Positions 31,274-36,944 of a stretch of DNA of 64,000 nt are shown in pieces. The notes below the pieces were generated by a model that was given only the letters and a program-made list of their open reading frames with translations, searched no databases and was not told where the DNA came from. Origin of the DNA: an uncultured virus (IMG/VR IMGVR_UViG_3300014004_000001) (Duplodnaviria > Heunggongvirae > Uroviricota > Caudoviricetes); IMG/VR virus record IMGVR_UViG_3300014004_000001, positions 62,001 to 126,000 of that record. One strand, written 5' to 3'. Both the position numbers and the translations under genes were made by a program. How positions within the stretch are numbered: the first letter of the stretch is position 1; each line of letters starts with the position of its first letter.

Positions 31274-33352
31274 TTATCTTCGACGAGGGGCACTTACCGT
31301 AGTGAAATGCCTTGAGTTCATGTTACTGTACCCAGTAGGTGCATTTGTTGTTGCAGGTATTGCTACAGCCTTGTGTGCCGTCTCTTTCGCCAGAGTGTTG
31401 AAGCAAGATGCTGCGGCATCTGGAAGGTCATCTTTAAGCATTGCTGTAGATCGTTCACCGTTAAAAGATTCCAATTCTTTATAAAAGTGATTCAAAGTTT
31501 CAATGTTAGGAAATGAATCTTCTACGATATAAACAAAGCCGTTCTGACAAGCACTACTGAATGGCATGAAACGTTGGAGTTTCTTTTTGTTACCTGGCAT
31601 TGCATCCGGTTTAACAACGAAGCCTTCAACAATAAGTTTCTTAGCTGATTCCGTATATTCAATGAGTCCAGCCCCAGACGGGTCTTTTGGAAGAACGATC
31701 TGAACATCTGGTCCATCAATCTTAGCCTGTTGGAGGATTAGGTTATCCCTGTCACCAGGTAAGCGTCGGAATCTTCCGAAAACTTTACTCTTCTCGTCTA
31801 TAGCGTCGTAATCATAGTCTCCGAAGATATAAATGTTCCCGTTTAGATCTTTACCCATCTTAACAGATGCCGTATAGTCGGGATAACGATAACGTTCACT
31901 TGGAACGGATACGGCTTTATCCCATGCACGCATATACTTCATGTTGTTAGGAACATCTTTGTATTCTATCTTGTGAAGCCATTCACGTTGGAAGAATGAT
32001 TCCTCTTGAATACGGGCAAACCAGCAACCGTCCAGAAGCTGTGCTCGCTTGATCGCTGTCTGCGATTTAAGAGAAGCCAGGTATTTCGGGTTAAGGCGAA
32101 TCAGTTCAGGGTTATCAAAGATCGTACCACCGATAAACACAAACGTTTGAGGTTCGATCGTAACAACCTCACCAGTGTTTGGGTTCTCCATGAAACAGTT
32201 TTCAGGATACTTCTCTTTAAGTTCCTCTGCTGTGTCGGCAAATACAGGTTCGTCATTTACAATAATGAAGTAGGTTTGTTTACCACACATATCTTCACGA
32301 GGATAACCACCTTCGTCAAGATAAGGTAACACCCAGTTCAGTACCCAGCTATCCGCATCGGGGTTACAGGTACAAAGCATGAAAGATGTTTCTGACTCGG
32401 AACGCATACGACCGAGAAGATAAAGCATCTCATACTGGGTGAAATGGGTGAGTTCGTCAAAACCAACCATACTGTACTGTGTACCCTGATGGTTAGTCTC
32501 GGCTGTAACGTTATCGTTCTCCAGATGGTCAAACTTCAAAGTACCACCGTTAGTGGCCTCGAAGATAATGTCCATCGTACTTTCTTTTACGTGCGGTTGT
32601 AAAGGCAAGTACAGACGTTTAGCTTCTGTAAACAAACCACCTGGTTTACGGTGTGCAGTGGTGTTCTTACGGAATAAGATACCACCGAACAAAGGATCTT
32701 TATAGGCAAACTTAAGAGCTTTTAGCAGTAGCAGACGAGACTTGCCGCTATTGCCAGTAACGAAGCAGTGATTGCCCCGTCTAAGGACAATATAGCTACT
32801 TGGAGTTTCAAAGCAATATTTTTTATCATCGGATGTAATAACCTCGTGTATTTTTAAATAAGTGTTTTGTTTGCCTGGGATGTTAAACGGAACGCGCTTA
32901 CCAAAAGGATCTTCAATGTATCCTTTCAGTGGTGCTCCTGCTTGTTGCAGAGCAATAAGATCTCCCACAGCAATCTCAAAATGTTTTTTGGATTTCTTTT
33001 TCTTGTAAAAGACGAAACGATGTTCCATACTCAATTCTTGGAACACTCCTGCACCGTTAGTGATTCGGTACAAGTTATCATCTTTCATATCATATTCTAC
33101 GAAGTAAGGCGTGACCAATTCTAAGCGTTTTCTCTTAGGATTATACTGATAGATATCTTCTCCGCTGTATTGGCTTATTTGTTTCCAGCCGTCACGGGTA
33201 AGATACTCTGTTTCAGCAGATACACAACCTGCGGCACCACCATAAATCATAACTTCCGGCATTAGATCCATTGCCAGCGTCTGTTTACCTGGTTGAGCTT
33301 TTACTTCGATATCAGCGCCAGCTAAACTGCCAGCCGCTTTTTTCTTAGCCAC
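31274..33352 (-). CDS. terL: Terminase large subunit (intein-containing)
   Basis: Walker A GGAAG/SGKS split by an intein, Walker B GFDELTHF, TCNPD, RAWD, DDLPDA. Confidence 0.93.
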   Translation of the reverse strand: MAKKKAAGSLAGADIEVKAQPGKQTLAMDLMPEVMIYGGAAGCVSAETEYLTRDGWKQISQYSGEDIYQYNPKRKRLELVTPYFVEYDMKDDNLYRITNGAGVFQELSMEHRFVFYKKKKSKKHFEIAVGDLIALQQAGAPLKGYIEDPFGKRVPFNIPGKQNTYLKIHEVITSDDKKYCFETPSSYIVLRRGNHCFVTGNSGKSRLLLLKALKFAYKDPLFGGILFRKNTTAHRKPGGLFTEAKRLYLPLQPHVKESTMDIIFEATNGGTLKFDHLENDNVTAETNHQGTQYSMVGFDELTHFTQYEMLYLLGRMRSESETSFMLCTCNPDADSWVLNWVLPYLDEGGYPREDMCGKQTYFIIVNDEPVFADTAEELKEKYPENCFMENPNTGEVVTIEPQTFVFIGGTIFDNPELIRLNPKYLASLKSQTAIKRAQLLDGCWFARIQEESFFQREWLHKIEYKDVPNNMKYMRAWDKAVSVPSERYRYPDYTASVKMGKDLNGNIYIFGDYDYDAIDEKSKVFGRFRRLPGDRDNLILQQAKIDGPDVQIVLPKDPSGAGLIEYTESAKKLIVEGFVVKPDAMPGNKKKLQRFMPFSSACQNGFVYIVEDSFPNIETLNHFYKELESFNGERSTAMLKDDLPDAAASCFNTLAKETAHKAVAIPATTNAPTGYSNMNSRHFTTVSAPRRR
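32750..33226 (-). mobile_element. Mini-intein (159 aa) in the TerL Walker A motif
   Basis: Starts CVSAETEYLTRDGWK, block B SMEHRF, block F YCFETP, ends VTGN followed by Ser(+1); no endonuclease domain. Confidence 0.9.
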
Positions 33353-33361
33353 TTCTCCTCC

Positions 33362-33703
33362 TTACTTACTGATAATCCCTTTCTCTTGCAGAGCCTTAAT
33401 GTAGTTTTGCAGACCGATTACTTTATTACGATCTTGACTCCAGAGAACATTGTTTGTGGTCCCGTTATCAACAACTTCAGAACGAGAAACACCTTTAGCA
33501 ATTTGTTGATCTGTGTACGGTACAGGTTCACTTACACCTTCCATTAAAGAAGAGTCTGGTCCTCTGACTTCCTGCACTGCTACAGCTTTACATTCGTCAA
33601 TTAGAATCGGGGAGGCTTTTGTTGAGGATGTGCAACCCGTCATCATTAGGGCCGAAGCAAGACATAGACCCAGTAGTAGTTTTTGCATAATTTGTTTTCT
33701 CAT
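33362..33703 (-). CDS. o-spanin (lipoprotein)
   Basis: Signal peptide with lipobox MTGC; overlaps the i-spanin 3' end; alternative start at 33688. Confidence 0.8.
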   Translation of the reverse strand: MRKQIMQKLLLGLCLASALMMTGCTSSTKASPILIDECKAVAVQEVRGPDSSLMEGVSEPVPYTDQQIAKGVSRSEVVDNGTTNNVLWSQDRNKVIGLQNYIKALQEKGIISK

Positions 33704-34004
33704 CGTTTACCTTCTTCTCCTTGTTTGCTAAATCTTTTTTCAATTTAGCATTCTTTTCGGAGAGGGAGGCTATTTGGTTGTTAAGTGCCAGACGTTCATC
33801 ATCGGCTTTCTTTTGAAGAACATCGAAGTCTTGTTTAGCTTTTGCTTGTTGTTGCTGATAGATAGTTACTTGGTTTTGTTCTCCTGCTGCGTAACCATTA
33901 TCATACAAAACCTTTCCGCCGAAGTACAAACCAGCTAAAAGTGCAACTAACAGAAGAATAACGTAAAACCACTTACTCTTCAGAATCATTGTTATCAGTG
34001 TCAT
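33597..34004 (-). CDS. i-spanin
   Basis: N-terminal TM helix, periplasmic coiled coil, C-terminal Cys. Confidence 0.8.
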   Translation of the reverse strand: MTLITMILKSKWFYVILLLVALLAGLYFGGKVLYDNGYAAGEQNQVTIYQQQQAKAKQDFDVLQKKADDERLALNNQIASLSEKNAKLKKDLANKEKKVNDEKTNYAKTTTGSMSCFGPNDDGLHILNKSLPDSN

Positions 34005-34036
34005 CTTTAAATCTCACTTTAGGTAAGGATGGAGAG

Positions 34037-34210
34037 TTATTCACTACCTTCTTCACTTCCATCGGTTTGGCTTCCGCAAGAATCTCTTCCCACGTCTTCT
34101 CGATCATCATCTAATTCGTCCTCAAGATCCCATTGACGGGAGTAATCATTTTTCCTGTCACGATGGACAGAAGCTTTGTTAAAATCATTCTTAACTACAA
34201 AGTTGCGCAT
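34037..34210 (-). CDS. Small protein (57 aa, MRNFVVKNDFNKASVHRDRK...)
   Basis: Not in ORF track; GAGGAGG RBS and its own promoter. Confidence 0.7.
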   Translation of the reverse strand: MRNFVVKNDFNKASVHRDRKNDYSRQWDLEDELDDDREDVGRDSCGSQTDGSEEGSE

Positions 34211-34231
34211 ATTTTATCCTCCTCAATATTG

Positions 34232-34261
34232 ATCTTATCACAAAACATATACACAATGCAA
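34232..34261 (-). promoter_or_regulatory. Sigma70-like promoter for the spanin-terL operon
   Basis: TTGCAT-18-TAAGAT with extended -10 TG. Confidence 0.6.
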
Positions 34262-34266
34262 GCCCT

Positions 34267-34302
34267 AAAAAGAAAAAAGCCCCTAACCTTTCGGAAAGGG
34301 GT
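34267..34302 (-). terminator. Intrinsic terminator
   Basis: CCCC...CTTTCCGAAAG...GGGGC + TTTTTTCTTTTT. Confidence 0.65.
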
Positions 34303-34351
34303 TGTTAAAATAACAAGGAGGAGAGGGCAAAGCGCCCCAAGAGAGGAGAGG

Positions 34352-34642
34352 TTAAATTACAATTTTCTTAGGCTGTTCTTCCACAACGGTAGGCGTTTCT
34401 TCCTCCATTGCTTCATAATGTTCTTCCAACCAGTCTTCGACTTGCTCTTTAATGGCTTTCGCTGCTTGGAATCGGAGAGGTTTTGCTGCTTCGTTATCAT
34501 ACACAAGTTCAACGATGTATTTCATGGCTGCGAGATAGTTCTCGGCAAACAATTCCTTCACTGTTGCTTGTGCTGCATCCATAGCGTAAATTTGTTGCAT
34601 TTCTGCGGTAGGTCGTCCACGACCACGTTTAAGTTTAGGCAT
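34352..34642 (-). CDS. Terminase small subunit candidate (AT-hook-like N-terminus)
   Basis: KRGRGRP, helical body with RFQAAKAI, close to terL; the assignment is inference. Confidence 0.5.
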   Translation of the reverse strand: MPKLKRGRGRPTAEMQQIYAMDAAQATVKELFAENYLAAMKYIVELVYDNEAAKPLRFQAAKAIKEQVEDWLEEHYEAMEEETPTVVEEQPKKIVI

Positions 34643-34662
34643 GTGTATTCCTCCTACAATTT

Positions 34663-34691
34663 ATCGTATCATAAAAATATTCTTGTGTCAA
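34663..34691 (-). promoter_or_regulatory. Sigma70-like promoter
   Basis: TTGACA-17-TACGAT with extended -10 TG. Confidence 0.8.
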
Positions 34692-34732
34692 GTTTTACTT
34701 TTACATGTACAACTGACATACCAATAACCCAG

Positions 34733-34760
34733 AAACAAAAAAGCCTCCACGAGGGAGGCT
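34733..34760 (-). terminator. Terminator closing the tRNA-cluster transcripts
   Basis: AGCCTCC-CTCGT-GGAGGCT + TTTTTGTTT. Confidence 0.85.
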
Positions 34761-34842
34761 CTATGCGAGTTAGGGTTAACATGTGTCCCTAATGCTATTT
34801 TAACATTTTGGTATAAAAATGTCTGTAGGATAATTCTTAGAA

Positions 34843-35112
34843 TTAAGGTCGGTTAATTACCTTAACAGTTTGTCCTTTGTCGTTCATCAGATAGGCTGAT
34901 TCAGTTTTGTGAACAAAGATAACACGTTCACCTGCGATAACAGAGGCTACCACGCCATCTGGTCGATCATAACCTTCCCAATGATACTGAATAATTACGT
35001 CATCCTCTAAGCAGTAAAAGAATTCTTCTTCATTTACATTGAAAGGGACGGTATTGTAAATCTTTACTTCATCTTCTTTAGAAAATTTACGGATTGTTTT
35101 TAACGTATACAT
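34843..35112 (-). CDS. Phage protein (89 aa, AYLMNDKGQTV motif)
   Basis: Start reassigned to the ATG at 35112 (TAGGA RBS); the ORF-track extension overlaps tRNAs. Confidence 0.7.
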   Translation of the reverse strand: MYTLKTIRKFSKEDEVKIYNTVPFNVNEEEFFYCLEDDVIIQYHWEGYDRPDGVVASVIAGERVIFVHKTESAYLMNDKGQTVKVINRP

Positions 35113-35148
35113 GATGTGTCCTATTAAGTATTTAGTGTTTAGTGGGTT

Positions 35149-35175
35149 GTGCGTTTTAGGAGTCGCACCCCTCCC
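35149..35175 (-). ncRNA. H-type pseudoknot in the leader of the 89-aa gene
   Basis: S1 GGGAG/CTCCT, S2 GTGCG/CGCAC, L3 AAAA. Confidence 0.55.
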
Positions 35176-35225
35176 TCTTAGAAGGAACCAGGCAAGGTCT
35201 TCAAAGATACCGCTGGCGCGATATT

Positions 35226-35304
35226 TGGAGGCGGGAATCGGATTCGAACCGATGATCTCCAGCATATGAAACTGGCGAGGACGACCAAACTCCTCTATCC
35301 CGCT
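35226..35304 (-). tRNA. tRNA-Met(CAT), initiator-like
   Basis: CCAGT-TTCATAT-GCTGG anticodon arm, A1xC72 mismatch, A11-U24, CCA. Confidence 0.9.
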
Positions 35305-35307
35305 ATT

Positions 35308-35380
35308 AGGTGTCCCGTGCTGGATTCGAACCAGCATCACAATAAGTTGTGGATCTCTTATCCTGTAAGTCTAACGGGAA
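35308..35380 (-). pseudogene. tRNA-like gene without an anticodon loop (Arg-like body)
   Basis: Acceptor TCCCGT/ACGGGA, perfect T arm, anticodon arm CACAA-CTTA-TTGTG, ends CCT. Confidence 0.7.
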
Positions 35381-35382
35381 AC

Positions 35383-35456
35383 TGGTTGTTTCGACAAGAA
35401 TCGAACTTGTGTCTCACGATTATCAGTCGTGGGTTCTACCATTGAACTACGAAACA
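35383..35456 (-). tRNA. tRNA-Ile(GAT)
   Basis: CACGA-CTGATAA-TCGTG; CCA. Confidence 0.95.
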
Positions 35457-35462
35457 TTTAAT

Positions 35463-35539
35463 TGGTCGGGACGGAGTGATTCGAACACTCGACCTCTCGC
35501 TCCCAAAGCGAGCGCACTACCAAGCTGTGCTACGTCCCG
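35463..35539 (-). tRNA. tRNA-Pro(TGG)
   Basis: CTCGC-TTTGGGA-GCGAG; CCA. Confidence 0.95.
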
Positions 35540-35589
35540 TGATAACATTCTAAAGGTACACCGCAAAAGAAAATGTTCGGCGGCTCCTC

Positions 35590-35628
35590 GTTTTTAACTT
35601 CACACTTGAGGTAGTGACTCACCTTTGT
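35590..35628 (-). ncRNA. Solitary ToxI-like (pseudo-ToxI) pseudoknot RNA
   Basis: AGGTGAGTCACTACCTCAAGTGTGAAGTTAAAAAC versus recalled ToxI AGGTGATTTGCTACCTTTAAGTGCAGCTAGAAATTC; both stems preserved. Confidence 0.7.
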
Positions 35629-35632
35629 TATA

Positions 35633-35708
35633 TGGCTGGTCTGTCTGGATTCGAACCAAAGCTACGACAGTCAAAGTGTCGTGTGCTACCGGACTACACT
35701 ACAAACCA
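35633..35708 (-). tRNA. tRNA-Gln(TTG)
   Basis: CGACA-CTTTGAC-TGTCG; GCCA. Confidence 0.95.
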
Positions 35709-35712
35709 ATAA

Positions 35713-35805
35713 ATCATTTAATGAAGGGCAACCAGAAGAGGTGTGAGAGAAGGAGAAAACCATGAGTAAAAGAGAAAGTTTTCTGGCAACCCTTTATTAA
35801 ATAAT
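35713..35805 (-). ncRNA. Stem-loop RNA with a CU-rich anti-SD/anti-AUG loop
   Basis: 16-position plus 6-bp closing stems; loop ...TTACTCATGGTTTTCTCCTT... Confidence 0.55.
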
Positions 35806-35806
35806 T

Positions 35807-35880
35807 TGGAGCGTTCTACGAGGATCGAACTCGTGCCACCGACTTGGAAGGACGGGATGCTACCGCTACACCAAGAACGC
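35807..35880 (-). tRNA. tRNA-Gly(TCC)
   Basis: CCGTC-CTTCCAA-GTCGG; TCCA. Confidence 0.95.
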
Positions 35881-35891
35881 CCTACATCTTT

Positions 35892-35921
35892 ACTATACAA
35901 CATTTTACTATTGCTTGTCAA
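35892..35921 (-). promoter_or_regulatory. Sigma70-like promoter (tRNA cluster)
   Basis: TTGACA-18-TATAGT. Confidence 0.8.
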
Positions 35922-35930
35922 TAGTTTTAT

Positions 35931-36104
35931 TGGGGTGGGACAGTGACGAGTATCCCGTTGGGTGACTAATCCTACGTTCGGAATGTGTGGCTTCCTTCAT
36001 GTTGCACGCAACATGGTTCCGCGTTAAACACGTCGATGGAAAGATCCGCTTCTCTTTTGCTTCCATCCAACCCTACTCCGGTCAAGTTTCGGGTAACTCT
36101 TTTT
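35931..36104 (-). ncRNA. Structured ncRNA of about 170 nt (pseudoknot, hairpins, 8 GGA, ends CCA)
   Basis: GAGTT/AACTT plus ACCC/GGGT pseudoknot, GATGGAA/TTCCATC, CATGTTG/CAACATG, GGGATA/TGTCCC. Confidence 0.55.
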
Positions 36105-36109
36105 GTGAT

Positions 36110-36195
36110 CAACACAATACTAAGAACACTGTCTTTCGAGCAGACCTTGTGCACAGGATACGACGATCAATCACAGTGCTCTTAATGTTGTGTTG
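36110..36195 (-). ncRNA. Long hairpin RNA in the tRNA-Thr trailer
   Basis: 22 of 23 positions paired (two G-U), 40-nt interior. Confidence 0.6.
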
Positions 36196-36268
36196 GTGCT
36201 CCCACACCGAATCGAACGATGATTTGCGGGTTACAAAGCCGCAGTAATAGCCATTATATGATAGGAGC
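36194..36268 (-). tRNA. tRNA-Thr(TGT)
   Basis: GCGGC-TTTGTAA-CCCGC; CCA. Confidence 0.92.
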
Positions 36269-36270
36269 AA

Positions 36271-36351
36271 TGCTGGGACTCGGCAGGATTCGATACCTGC
36301 AATTCCAGAAGCCTATTGGCGACTGGGGGTTTACCTTAACTCTACAAGTCC
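36271..36351 (-). pseudogene. tRNA-like gene with a remodelled anticodon arm
   Basis: Acceptor GGACTTG/CGAGTCC, T arm GCAGG-TATCGAAT-CCTGC, arm CCAG-TC-GCC-AATA-GGC-TT-CTGG, no CCA. Confidence 0.7.
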
Positions 36352-36358
36352 ATAATTC

Positions 36359-36487
36359 TTAAATACTTTGGAGCCTTACTGACAAACCGTTAGTTTGTAA
36401 CATAGCGTATTTATATTCTGGAGCACCGCCTGTGAATGTAATTCCAATACAAACTTTCTCAAGATCAAACCAATTATCAAATAACAT
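36359..36487 (-). CDS. Small hypothetical protein (42 aa) within the tRNA cluster
   Basis: GGAGG RBS; MLFDNWFDLEKVCIG...; not in ORF track. Confidence 0.55.
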   Translation of the reverse strand: MLFDNWFDLEKVCIGITFTGGAPEYKYAMLQTNGLSVRLQSI

Positions 36488-36507
36488 AAGAACCTCCAGT
36501 TTAAATT

Positions 36508-36591
36508 TGATGTGAGATGATGGATTCGAACCACCGCGCCTTTCAGAAGGGATTTACAGTCCCCCGCAATCGACCACTCTGCCAATCTCAC
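36508..36591 (-). tRNA. tRNA-Tyr(GTA), 3' end encoded as TCA
   Basis: GGGGA-CTGTAAA-TCCCT, long variable arm. Confidence 0.92.
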
Positions 36592-36595
36592 AAAA

Positions 36596-36712
36596 TTGTT
36601 TTTAAAGTAGCCAGTATTCGCGGTACTGACTATGTGGTATCGGTGACGGTGAGAGCCATCTGCCGAAGATTTACTCTGCTAAAGTAAGAACAACAAGCTA
36701 CATTAAAAACAA
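36596..36712 (-). ncRNA. Four-way-junction ncRNA between tRNA-Ser and tRNA-Tyr
   Basis: Closing stem TTGTTTTTAA-T-GTAGC/GCTAC-T-TTAAAAACAA and three internal hairpins. Confidence 0.6.
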
Positions 36713-36714
36713 CT

Positions 36715-36800
36715 TGGCGGTAGATGTAGGACTCGAACCTACACGCCGTTTCCGACTACAGTTTAGCAAACTGTTGTGGCTACCATTTCACCAATCTACC
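36715..36800 (-). tRNA. tRNA-Ser(GCT)
   Basis: ACAGT-TTGCTAA-ACTGT, long variable arm, GCCA. Confidence 0.95.
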
Positions 36801-36806
36801 TAAATT

Positions 36807-36896
36807 TGGAGGAAGGTAATGGAGTCGAACCATCACCGTATCTCTACAATGGGCCAGGGTTCAAATCTGGTTGCGTACCACTACGCCCTACCTTCC
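36807..36896 (-). tRNA. tRNA-Ser(TGA)
   Basis: CCAGA-TTTGAAC-CCTGG, long variable arm, TCCA. Confidence 0.9.
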
Positions 36897-36904
36897 ATAC
36901 ATTT

Positions 36905-36934
36905 AATCTAACACAGAACGATGTTGATTGTCAA
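36905..36934 (-). promoter_or_regulatory. Sigma70-like promoter (tRNA cluster)
   Basis: TTGACA-18-TAGATT with extended -10 TG. Confidence 0.8.
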
Positions 36935-36944
36935 CACCTTTTAA

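Noticed and set aside
123..34792. Plus-strand ORFs opposite the virion genes
   Set aside because: Antisense shadows of recognisable minus-strand genes, with no RBS or motifs; the same applies to minus-strand ORFs in the right arm.
35200..35230. CRISPR array
   Set aside because: Only one partial repeat-like hairpin; no repeat-spacer periodicity and no cas genes in the window.
36305..36326. Type I-F CRISPR repeat mimic (GCC-AATA-GGC)
   Set aside because: Only 3 bp and a different loop match CTGCC-GTATA-GGCAG; compatible with chance.
36807..36896. tRNA-Sec (SelC), suggested by the GGAAG 5' end and long variable arm
   Set aside because: The anticodon is TGA (Ser), not TCA, and the acceptor stem is 7 bp.
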